This document shows, piece by piece, positions 1-12,100 of a stretch of DNA of 64,000 bases (its first letter is position 1; every line of letters begins with the position of its first letter). Under the pieces are notes generated by a model. The model made no database searches. It was not told the origin of the DNA and was given only the letters and a program-made list of their open reading frames with translations. The DNA is from Ylistrum balloti. Taxonomy: Eukaryota. Location of the stretch: positions 2,294,001 through 2,358,000 of the forward strand of contig NW_026782099.1 of assembly GCF_031769215.1 (NCBI RefSeq). Direction: 5' to 3'. The translations under genes and the position numbers were made by a program.

Positions 1-176
1 CTTTCTCAGAGTAAGTTTGAAGATTTAAGATATCTGACTTCTGTGTTTTGAAAAATGTTTTAAGGCCATTCATCCAAGATTGCTTCTGGCCAAATATCTT
101 GAGTCTATCTTGATGAATGTCACAGAGGTAATATTGAGGAGACTCTTGCCAGGAATGATAAGGGCATTATACCTAC

Positions 177-335
177 CATGGGGACTCCGACAGGATCGAC
201 CACACCCACTAACACTTGTGCAACATTTCTGGGCTCCCTGACAGTCATAATCTGACTGGCACTCATTATCACAGGAGCCAGTACGATCATGGGCAACAGG
301 TGGACACTGCCCAGGCTTGTATTCCTCCCTAACAG
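177..335 (-). CDS. Internal exon, WAP (four-disulfide core) domain; not shown in this frame in the ORF track
   Basis: Hand translation gives (A)VREEYKPGQCPPVAHDRTGSCDNECQSDYDCQGAQKCCTSVSGCGRSCRSPH, with 8 Cys and the KPGxCP / CxxDxDCxGxxKCC motifs. Acceptor tttgttatgttacag at 337-336 and donor CATG|gtaggt at 177/176. 159 nt, phase 1-1. Confidence 0.9.
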
Positions 336-400
336 CTGTAACATAACAAAATATTGTTTACACCTGCACACAACTTTGTAATAAAACAGATCTACTTGTT

Positions 401-1260
401 AACCCCTGAGCTATAACAATTTTACCTGCAAACACTGAGCTGTGAAACTAACTTTTGAACACTTGACCTATCACACTCTTCCCTATAAACACCTGAGCCA
501 TCACACTCTTACAGGTGTGCGCTATTTTGCTCAAAACACCTGAACTATCACATTTTTGCCTGTAAACACCTGAACTATCACATTTTTGCCTGTAAACACA
601 TGATCTATCACATTTTGCCTGTTAACACTTGAACTATCACATTTTGGCCTGTGAACACCTGAACTATCACATTTTGGACTGTGAACACCTGAACTATCAC
701 ATTTTGGACTAAACACCTGAACTATCACATTTTTGCCTGTAAACACCTGAACTATCACATTTTTGCCTGGGAACACCTGAACTATCACAATTTTGTCTGT
801 AAACACCGGAACTATCACATTTTTGCCTGTAAACACCTGAACTATCACATTTTTGCCTGTAAACACCTGAACTATCACATTTTGCCTGTGAACACCTGAA
901 CTATCACATTTTGGCCTGTGAACACCTGAACTATCACATTTTGGACTGTGAACACCTGAACTATCACATTTTGGACTGTAAACACCTGAACTATCACAGT
1001 TTTGCCTGTGAACACCTGAACTATCACAATTTTGTCTGTAAACACCTGAACTATCATATTTTTGCCTGTAAACACCTGAACTATCACATTTTTGCCTGTA
1101 AACACCTGAACTATCACATTTTTGCCTGTAAACAGATGATCTATCACAGTACTTGGTTATGTTGAAAATGCCAGACCTATTACACTATTACTTGTAAACA
1201 CTTGAATTATTACAGCATTACCTGTAAACATTTGAGTACTGTAACATGTACACACCTGTG
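401..1260. repeat. Minisatellite, 29-30 bp unit AAACACCTGAACTATCACATTTTTGCCTGT
   Basis: About 21 clear copies (530-1140) with degenerate flanks; fills nearly all of the Kunitz2-WAP intron. Confidence 0.95.
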
Positions 1261-1294
1261 ATATTACACTATAAACACAGGTGGTATTACAGAC

Positions 1295-1477
1295 CTGGTT
1301 TAACCACTGGTGCATTGACACATGCAGCTTTACACTCCTCCTCATCTGCAAAATTATTTCCATTTCCATCGCAGCCTCCATACCAAAACCGGTCACAACG
1401 GGAATCCTCATTATTATAAAACCATCTGACAGTATAATCAGAACATGTGCCTCGCTCACTGTCCAGTCTACACACAT
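1295..1477 (-). CDS. Internal exon, Kunitz/BPTI domain 2
   Basis: Acceptor ttgtttacctacag at 1479-1478 and donor CCAG|gtctgt at 1295/1294. 183 nt, phase 1-1. DVCRLDSERGTCSDYTVRWFYNNEDSRCDRFWYGGCDGNGNNFADEEECKAAC has canonical 8-15-7-12-3 Cys spacing. Confidence 0.92.
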
Positions 1478-1758
1478 CTGTAGGTAAACAACAAAGTATA
1501 CTTTGACATGTACTTCAATATACTCTGAAATATCATGAAATTTTCACAAAGGATGAACAGTCATAGTTATCAAAGTTGTACTAGAACAATAACAGTGTAT
1601 ACAACAACTCAATCAAAACTGATTTTAATATCAACACCAAAGTTTGATATTTTTTTTTGCAATTCAAACCTTGAAGAATTCTTTCATTTCTTCACCCTTG
1701 TGATTCAAATGTGATGAACTTTTACCCTGATAATGTGCACCATGTTTATTTACTTTGC

Positions 1759-1960
1759 CACACTTGGTAACTGTTGATACCAGTGTGCTTCTGATAAAAT
1801 GTCACACTTGGTAGCTGTTGATACCAGTGTGCTTCTGACAAAAGATCACACTTGGTAGCTGTCGATACCAGTGTGCTTCTGACAAAAGATCACACTTGGT
1901 AGCTGTCGATACCAGTGTGCTTCTGACAAAAGATCACACTTGGTAGCTGTCGATACCAGT
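1759..1960. repeat. Tandem repeat, 44 bp unit CACACTTGGTAGCTGTCGATACCAGTGTGCTTCTGACAAAAGAT
   Basis: Copies start at 1759, 1803, 1847, 1891 and 1935 (last one partial). Confidence 0.95.
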
Positions 1961-2075
1961 CATCTAGACCCTTTGGTTAAGAAAGAAATAGTACAATTAT
2001 TGAAAGTCCACTATAGTTAAGTATCTTCATTCTAGGCCTCATGATTAATGGGGAAAAAGCCATATAAAAAATGAT

Positions 2076-4045
2076 GTACCAACAGAATAACACCTGTTCT
2101 GTACCTACAGTATAACACATGTACCAACAGAATAACACCTGTTCTGTACCTACAGTATAACACCTGTTCTGTACCTACAGTATAACACATGTACCAATAG
2201 TATAACACCTGTTCTGTACCTAGAGTATAACACCTGTTCTGTACCTACAGTATAACATCTGTTCTGTACCTACAGTATAACACCTGTTCTGTACCTACAG
2301 TAAAGCACCTGTTCTGTTCCTACAGTAAAACACCTGTTCTGTACCTACAGTATGTATAACACCTGTTCTGTACCTACAGTATAACACCTGTTCTGTTCCT
2401 ACAGTAAAACACCTGTTCTGTACCTACAGTATGTATAACACCAGTTCTGTACCTACAGTATTACATCTGTTCTGTACCTACAGTATAACACACGTACCTA
2501 CAGTATAACTCCTGTTCTGTACCTACAGTATAACACCAGTTCTGTACCTACAGTATTACATCTGTTCTGTACCTACAGTATAACACAAGTACCTACAGTA
2601 TAACACCTGTTCTTTACCTACAGTATAACATCTGTTCTGTATTTACAGTATAACACATGTATCTACAGTATAACACCTGTTCTGTACCTACAGTATAACA
2701 CCTGTACCTATAGTATAACACCTATTCTGTACCATCAGTATAACACCTGTTCTGTACCTACACTATAACATCTGTACAGTATAACACCTATTCTGTACCA
2801 ACAGTATAACACCTGTTCTGTACCTACAGTATAACACCTGTTCTGTACCTACAGTATGTATAACACCTGTTCTGTACCTACAGTATAACACCTGTTCTGT
2901 ACCTACAGTATAACACCTGTTCACTACCTACAGGATAACACCTGTTCTGTACCTACAGTATAACATCTGTTCTGTACCTACAGTATAACATCTGTTCTGT
3001 ACCTACAGTATAACACCTGTTCTGTTCCTACAGTAAAACACCTGTTCTGTACCTACAGTATAACATCTGTTCTGTACCTACAGTATAACACATGTACCAA
3101 CAGTATAACATCTGTTCTGTACCTACAGTATAACAAATGTACCTACAGTAAAACACCTGTTCTGTACCTACAGTATAACACCTGTTCTGTACCTACAGTA
3201 TAACAAATGTACCTACAGTATAACACCTGTTTTGTACCTACAGTATAACACCTGTTTTGTACCTACAGTATAACACCTGTACCTACAGTATAACACATAT
3301 TCTGTACCTACAGTATAACACCTGTTCGCTACCTACAGGATAACACCTGTTCTGTACCTACAGTATAACACCTGTTCTGTACCTACAGTATAACACCTGT
3401 TCTGTTCCTACAGTAAAACATCTGTTCTGTATTTACAGTATAACACCTGTTCTGTACTTACAGTATAACACATGTTCTGTACCTACAATATAACATCTGT
3501 TCTATACCTATAGTATAACATCTGTTCTGAATTTACAGTATAACACATGTTCTGTACTTACAGTATAACACATGTTCTGTACCTACAGTATAACATCTGT
3601 TCTGTACCTACAGTATAACACCAGTTCTGTACCTACAGTATAACATCTGTTCAGTACCTACAGTATAACACCTGTTCTATACCTACAGTATAACACATGT
3701 ACAGTATAACACCTGTTCTGTACCTACAGTATAACACATGTACAGTATAACACCTGTTCTGTACCTACAATATAACAACTGTACAGTATAACACCTGTTC
3801 TGTACCTACAATATAACATCTGTTCTATACCTATAGTATAACATCTGTTCTGTATTTACAGTATAACACCTGTTCTGTACCTACAGTATAACACCCATAC
3901 CTACAGTATATCACCTGTTCTATACCTACAGTATAACACTCATCCTACAGTATTACACCTGTTCTATACCTACAGTATAACATCTGTACAGTACCTACAG
4001 TATAACACCTGTTTTGTACCTATACTATTACACCTGTTCTGTTCC
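2076..4045. repeat. Minisatellite, about 25 bp unit ACCTACAGTATAACACCTGTTCTGT with shorter deletion variants
   Basis: About 2 kb of tandem copies, directly visible. Confidence 0.95.
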
Positions 4046-4710
4046 TAAAGTACATTTTATAAGAACTTACTGAAACTCTGTCAGAAACATCATCAGAATT
4101 ATTCCTGTAATGAAGTTGTAAAGCAAGAAAACATCAAGTCCATTGCAACCTTGCAAAAACACAAAGGTCATGCTTCACTTATTTGGCCATCACTTTGCAA
4201 ACGCTGCAGCTCAATTTGTGATAGCATAACCACATATCTGTATGAGTTTAAACATGGAAAAATCATATGAGACATACATAATACATTACAAAGTTGGAGC
4301 CAATACAATAACAGTCAGCAAAAAGACAAGGGAAGTAAGATGCTTGGTAGTGTATAGGTGTACACAATTGGTAGCAGAGCCATTGGGTTAACAACAGATA
4401 GCAACAGAGCTCTTGGCTTTCATCACTTTCTCTTTTGCAAATCACCAGAAGAATTTTCCACAGAAGTCAGTGTGTTGCATATGTAGACAAACAGAGAGAG
4501 AAAAAAAATTCCAGCCCAAGGAGTCTTTCAGTAAAAAGGGTTCGGTCTGAATTTTGAACATGAGTGGCCATGGGGATTTTAAGTTATTACTTTGAAATTT
4601 TCTCTTTATATAATGTTACATTTGCCTGTGGACCTAATAAAGTCTACTTTTACCATATAAACATCTATATCCACAGGAGGATATATTTAATGACCAAATA
4701 TGTTACCCAC

Positions 4711-5580
4711 CTGAAGTTATAAGGGTCTCCGGACAACCATATCTGTTCTCCCCACGAGCTGATGTAAGACCATCAGCACAACAGCCAAAGCGGGTTTCAC
4801 TGCATTCTTCCAGTATTGCAGATGGTAATAGAGGTTGTGGTTTTGCTGCTTCAGGGCATCCATATCTGTTTTCTCCAAGGGCAGATGTAACACCATCCTC
4901 ACAGCAGCCATAACGTGTTCCTGCACATCCACCAACAAAAACTGGTTCATTTTCAGGACAGCCTTGTCTGCTTTCTCCCAGAGCTGAAGTTAATCCATCC
5001 TCACAACATCCATAACGTGTTCCTGCACATCCACCAACAAAAACTGGTTCATTTTCAGGACAGCCTTGTCTGCTTTCTCCTAGAGCTGATGTTAATCCAT
5101 CCTCACAACATCCATAACGTGTTCCTGCACATCCACCAACAAAAACTGGTTCATTTTCAGGACAGCCTTGTCTGCTTTCACCCAGAGCTGAAGTTAATCC
5201 ATCCTCACAACATCCATAACGTGTTCCTGCACATCCACCAACAAAAACTGGTTCATTTTCAGGACAGCCTTGTCTGCTTTCTCCCAGAGCTGAAGTTAAT
5301 CCATCCTCACAACATCCATAACGTGTTCCTGCACATCCACCAACCAGAACTGGTTCATTTTCAGGACAGCCTTGTCTGCTTTCTCCCAGAGCTGAAGTTA
5401 ATCCATCCTCACAACATCCATAACGTGTTCCTGCACATCCACCAACCAGAACTGGTTCATTTTCAGGACAGCCTTGTCTGCTTTCTCCCAGAGCTGATGT
5501 TAATCCGTCCTCACAACATCCATAACGTGTTCCTGCACATCCACCAACGAGAATGGGCTTATCGGGCTCAACAACGACTT
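4711..5580 (-). CDS. Internal exon with 8 Cys-rich lagrin-type repeats (C-x4-[YF]GCC-x-DG-x-T-x-A-x-G-x4-GCP), as in papilin/lacunin/agrin
   Basis: Acceptor tttgttgcatgcatttgcag at 5582-5581 and donor TCAG|gtgggt at 4711/4710. 870 nt, open, phase 1-1. Seven 34-aa units (GGCAGTRYGCCEDGLTSALGESRQGCPENEP) plus a diverged eighth (CSETRFGCCADGLTSARGENRYGCP). Confidence 0.9.
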
Positions 5581-5645
5581 CTGCAAATGCATGCAACAAA
5601 ACACAGGTAAAGTCAAACCAATAAGCAATGTCACAAAATTTACCG

Positions 5646-7206
5646 GGTATAAGCATGGTCACTTACAGGGTAATAAGTGTGGTCACTTACAGGGTAATAA
5701 GTGTGGTCACTTACAGGGTAATAAGCGTGGTCACTTACAGGGTAATAAGTGTGGTCACTTACAGGGTAATAAGTGTGGTCACTTACAGGGTAATAAGCAT
5801 GGTCGCTTACAGGGTAATAAGTGTGGTCACTTACAGGGTAATAAGTGTGGTCACTTACAGGGTAATAAGCGTGGTCGCTTACAGGGTATAAGCATGGTCG
5901 CTTACAGGGTATAAGCATGGTCGCTTACAGGGTAATAAGCATGGTCACTTACAGGGTATAAGCATGGTCACTTACAGGGTAATAAGCGTGGTCGCTTACA
6001 GGGTATAAGCATGGTCGCTTACAGGGTAATAAGCATGGTCACTTACAGGGTAATAAGCATGGTCACTTACAGGGTATAAGCATGGTCACTTACAGGGTAT
6101 AAGCATGGTCACTTACAGGGTAATAAGCGTGGTCGCTTACAGGGTATAAGCATGGTCGCTTACAGGGTAATAAGCGTGGTCACTTACAGGGTATAAGCAT
6201 GGTCACTTACAGGGTAATAAGCGTGGTCACTTACAGGGTAATAAGCGTGGTCACTTACAGGGTAATAAGCGTGGTCACTTACAGGGTAATAAGCGTGGTC
6301 ACTTACAGGGTATAAGCATGGTCACTTACAGGGTAATAAGCATGGTCACTTACAGGGTATAAGCATGGTCACTTACAGGGTATAAGCATGGTCACTTACA
6401 GGGTAATAAGCGTGGTCACTTACAGGGTAATAAGTGTGGTCACTTACAGGGTAATAAGCATGGTCACTTACAGGGTAATAAGCGTGGTCACTTACAGGGT
6501 ATAAGCACGGTCACTTACAGGGTAATAAGTGTGGTCACTTACAGGGTAATAAGCATGGTCACTTACAGGGTAATAAGCATGGTCACTTACAGGGTATAAG
6601 CATGGTCACTTACAGGGTAATAAGCATGGTCACTTACAGGGTAATAAGCGTGGTCACTTACAGGGTAATAAGCATGGTCACTTACAGGGTATAAGCATGG
6701 TCACTTACAGGGTAATAAGCGTGGTCACTTACAGGGTAATAAGCGTGGTCGCTTACAGGGTAATAAGTGTGGTCACTTACAGGGTAATAAGCATGGTCAC
6801 TTACAGGGTAATAAGTGTGGTCACTTACAGGGTAATAAGCGTGGTCGCTTACAGGGTAATAAGTGTGGTCACTTACAGGGTAATAAGCATGGTCACTTAC
6901 AGGGTAATAAGCATGGTCACTTACAGGGTAATAAGCGTGGTCACTTACAGGGTAATAAGCATGGTCACTTACAGGGTAATAAGCGTGGTCACTTACAGGG
7001 TAATAAGCATGGTCACTTACAGGGTAATAAGCATGGTCACTTACAGGGTAATAAGCGTGGTCACTTACAGGGTAATAAGCGTGGTCACTTACAGGGTATA
7101 AGCATGGTCACTTACAGGGTAATAAGCATGGTCACTTACAGGGTAATAAGCATGGTCACTTACAGGGTAATAAGCGTGGTCACTTACAGGGTAATAAGCG
7201 TGGTCA
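5646..7206. repeat. Minisatellite, 23/24 bp unit GGTCACTTACAGGGTAATAAGCGT
   Basis: About 65 tandem copies beginning about 65 bp from the lagrin-exon acceptor. Confidence 0.96.
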
Positions 7207-8759
7207 CAACAACTTATTGCTTTTTTAGTGAAGTAATGTTTATGATATACATTAAAGATATGTAAGATTCTAATATTATATAAAACAATATTTTAAGCAA
7301 CACCATAGAGAAGAACAATCTCCATCCTTCCTATGTCTTAGAGAAATTTATCTCATGATTATGTTGTTATTCTGTGAATATACTCATGTCATATTTTTTG
7401 TGTATTATACAGTGTAATAAAGCTTATTGTGGCATCATTTTAGATAACAAAATGACATCACACATTCTAAGATGACTTTGTGACATAACAATGGAGACCT
7501 TAGAAATACAGAGCAGGCATGACTTCAAGTGTGACATAAAAGTGTCTTTTTTTCAAACAATATCTGCCAGAACAGTTTAATCGTGTGATAAAAAAGATCG
7601 GACACTTTTTTTTATTTGATATGTGATTCATGAAACTTGTCACAAAATTTTCATTTTAGTTCACCAAAGGCTTGCACAATGAACTTTGAAAGAGATCAGT
7701 TGAAGTTAATAACAATCACAGATAATGCTATCCCTCCCAGCAAAATGTTTCACCTATTAACTGTTTAAACAGAGTTCAATATCAAATTTCAGTAGCCTGG
7801 TTATTACTATACAACAACTGGGTTACAAATGATGATAAATGAAGGAATCAATTTAGAAGCACTAGAAATTTTCAGCTAGAGCTAAATCAGTAATACAAAA
7901 AGGAAGAACAAGGCTTGGTCAGTAACATTCAGATTTTTTAAGTCCTGGTTGACAAGATACAAAATCTACCTGAGGATTATGTGACATCTAGCAAAGAAAT
8001 AACTTGGGAATGTCAAAAATCAGTAATTATAACGAAATATCTGAAACCTGGAGCTGATAAATCTGTATACTTATGGCCATGAAAATAATACCTTGGATTT
8101 ATCATATATGGCTGTTTAAATATAACATTTCAGGCACAAATCAACACAGACGCCAAAATATGAAGACAAGCCTCAAAAGTTCTAGTCCAGGCAGATCAGA
8201 AAGCAAAAGAAGACCAGTAGGTCCATGTACATTTCACGAGTAAATAACTCTGGTCCAACCGGTCAAACCCATCAATGAAAACCTCCCTGGCCAGGCGAGT
8301 CCTTTACTGGCAGTAAAGACAGTGACCAGATAGAGAGCCCTCATTGTCTTAGAATAACATGAGGCAATTTGACACAAAATCACTATCTTATGAAATACTG
8401 ACTGTGGACTTGTACCCATGGAGACAGGATACTGCAGAACACCAGGAATCCATCACTGAATGATACAGTATCACAGCAGGTTCAGTCAACAAAAATTAGA
8501 AACAGATGAACATTACAGTGAACTACAACATTCCTGTTAAAAATGCTGGTCCCCTTGTGATCAGCAAAATCAAGGCCAACAATGATAAAAAGGAATCTAC
8601 AGACACCTCCACTTTATAAGAAGAAAAAACATTTTTTGGGGGGTACTATCTAGGCATGGTATTTCAAGAAAATAAAACCATAAAAATTCTTTCTGTATTA
8701 TAGAGTTGTGTGTGATGTCAGGGTTGTTGGTAACCATACCTTGTGATTAAGGAAAGCAA

Positions 8760-9143
8760 CCTGACCCACATCACACACAACTCTCCACACCCTAGCATAT
8801 ACCCTACAACCCTGACATGACACACAACTCTCCACACCCAAGTATATTCCTTATAACCCTGACATGACACACAATTCTCCACACCCCAGTATATTCCAAA
8901 TAACCCTGACATCACACGCAATTCTCCACACCCAAGTATATTCCCTATAACCCTGACATGACACACAATTCTCCACACCCCAGTATATTCCAAATAACCC
9001 TGACATAACACACAATTCTCCACACCCCAGTATATTCCAAATAACCCTGACATCACACACAACTCTCCACACCCCAGTATATACCCTACAACCCTGCCAT
9101 CACACACAACTCTCCACACCCCAGTATATACCCTACAACCCTG
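8760..9143. repeat. Minisatellite, 47 bp unit CACACAACTCTCCACACCCCAGTATATTCCAAATAACCCTGACATCA
   Basis: About 8 tandem copies. Confidence 0.93.
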
Positions 9144-12100
9144 AAATTAAGGTGACATGATCACAATATACGCCCAGTAACTGGCCCACCTACGTACTAA
9201 ATCCTCTGCCCTAGATGTTTCTCTACAAATGTCAGTTACATAGATATTTTATCTAGCCTCAGAGTCACTATTTCTCCTAAGTACATTTGTGATTGTCAGG
9301 AAACGTATCAGACAAGGGTCATAATCGGTGACAATTATCGCCAACTGCATCCAATTCACTGCATCCTTTGATGTAGAGTTACTGTTCTTACTAGTTTACA
9401 AAAATGAATCATTTCTATAAATTGGTGTCTCCAGAATGTGATTGTGTTCTGTCTTAGGTACCAAAGATATTGCTGTGTTTCTAACCTCTTTTTGCATATC
9501 TGAAACATGAATGCTATTGATACTGTTTTGTACATTGTAGTTTGTTGTAATTTATAACAGTGAAACAGTTCACAAACGATTCTCTTTCTGAGAGGATCAA
9601 GTGTCACATTATAGCATGTAAAAGGAACATGTACAACATACCACAGACTACAAATACAAAAAAAAAATCCTTAAAATCAAATTACCTGTTATCAAATTCA
9701 ATAATGAAGCAAGTTTTGGGAAGAAATTACCATTTCTGTCAGACCTTTAAAACAATCACAGTATAAAACAATACTGTATTTGATTACAGAATAGTCCTGA
9801 TACATTCAGGAACATTTTCCCATAGAGATAACAATGTAAATACAAAAGTAATATCCCTTTTTTATCATAATAAAAAGTAATTTCAACCATTTTAAACAAA
9901 GGCTTGCAAAATCCCACTGACTCATCCCACAAAAGGAAAGTTTGTACCATTTGTACAGAAACATAGATAACGGAATTAAACTGTTAATATGATTTTGATT
10001 TAGACAGACCTATTTAGAACTGGTGAGAATAGCCTGAAATATTTTGGATATATACACTAGAACATGTGCAATAAGTATTTCCACCAAATTACTGAACTAG
10101 TAGCTGGCTGGTTGATGTCACTACCGTGTTGTTGAAGACAAGATAAAAATATTTACATCAAATGTTATGTAAGAGCAATATTATTCTAAATATGATTAAT
10201 AGCTGGTAAATAATAGTTTGGTAAGAAAAATGTACCAGTTAAGGAATGTCTTACTGGGATTAGCTTATCTTTACTACATATTAGTGGTAGTTTGTAAATT
10301 ATTCAGAAAGTGGTAAACTCCAACCAACAGATACCAATCTGATACACAAAGCACATAGAGCAACAGAAAGACCAGTAAGGAAAAGAATGTGTTTTAACAG
10401 AAAATTGTATTTCTGTTCCTATCCAATGTTTTTTCAACATATACCTTAAAAAAGAGGATAAATGTTCTTCATAACACTGAACACATTATCCATTTGTCAG
10501 GGTTTAAAATGCCAAAAGTTACAAGAAGGTTGAAAAAAGGACAAGAAGAATAAGACAACAAAAGACATGGTCAGAGTTTTGAAATATGTGAAATAATTTT
10601 ACAAGTTTTGGCAGACAGAATACCTAACCAGACGATTGGTGTTTCAGACAAGGAAAATATGTGGGTGTATTGTAACCCAGCAAAACGTGAAATCTGTCTT
10701 GTACTCACTCAAAAAAAGTTTTAGAAATGGAATAAAAAGACTGCCACCGTGTAATTTAGGAAATCCTGTAATGATTGTACTTTGGTGTGTGTAACGGCAT
10801 CTTATCCTTATAATTAGCTGTAACATATATACCACAGATATTTACACACAACACTGACTTAGTGATAACTATCTATACATACATTACTTACTAGTTTCAT
10901 GTGTTGTATTATCCTGAGCAGATGAGGCGGCTAATATCACAGTGACTAGAAACCCTAGTACAAACCCCAACATGTTGATCTGGTCACCAAGGGGGCCAAC
11001 TACTTACTGGGGCTGCATAATGTTGCAACAGGGGATTAAAGGGTTCAGTAGTCCTGGGTATGTAATTATCCGGACTGGGGCTTTCAGTGGGAGCCCTGCA
11101 TGTCCAGAGTCTGCTCACAGTAATAAGTGTAAGGTGCTGATTGGCCGTGTAAGCACCCCTTAACCTACTGGTTCACATTGGGACATCATTTGTAAAACAC
11201 TTAAGCTGATTTATCTTTCCTCAGATCTGAAAGAGTACATTATGACGTCAGGGAATGTATTTTTGTGGTGGAGGAGATAATACGTCATAATAACCACCTA
11301 GAGTGTTACTGTACTGAGGTGAAACTTGAAAGTCGGTCACCATAGTTATTCCACAATGATAATTAGCAATCATGCATACAGTGGCTGTAACATACTGGTC
11401 AACCAGAGGTCATCAGAAAAAAATATGTTTCAATAGTAAAATAAATTTGCTAGATCTCGCTGTTTTACATGCAATGATAATGGTATTTACAAATTTGTAC
11501 TTTACATAGAAAGCATACCTAGGGAGTGGATGGAACACCATTGGTCAAGGAGTCCCCAAGATACCTGGTCAGTAATATTAGACATGGATCGTTGGCTCTA
11601 AAGGGTCAAAGAAACAGGTCACATGGGTCTCTAAATTATTTCATTGTTAGAAATATATACCAGTTTTTAAGAAGGATATATGGGACCATTATTTAACAAG
11701 ACAATCAAATTAGATATGTTTACCATGATTGAGTAAAGATGATGACCAGTGTAGACAGAGTATACTGTATGTCAGTGTTTGTGGTCTTAGACAGCTTCTG
11801 TCCTGGGTGAATATCTTAGAAGTTGTTAGCCACACAATATCCCCCTGTAATTCTCTATAGGATCACACTTACACACACTTGTTTGTTTTTGCCCTAAGAT
11901 GCCAACCCTGTGTTTACTCACCAGATAATATTGATATAAGTAATTTGTTCTCAGCTGATGTGGTCAACTGATTTTATCTTTGAATAACTGACCACAACAA
12001 TAAAGGGTAGGACTCCATGGCTGTCAGACCACTGACCAGCCCTAATCACTTGTAGTTACCAGATTGTACCCAATAATGACCTGGTCTACTCCGCCAGCAG

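Noticed and set aside
120-371. 83-aa minus-strand ORF in the track
   Set aside because: Wrong frame; the WAP domain with matching splice sites is in another minus frame.
4915-5610. 231-aa His/Gln-rich plus-strand ORF
   Set aside because: An antisense shadow of the lagrin exon's 102-bp repeat.
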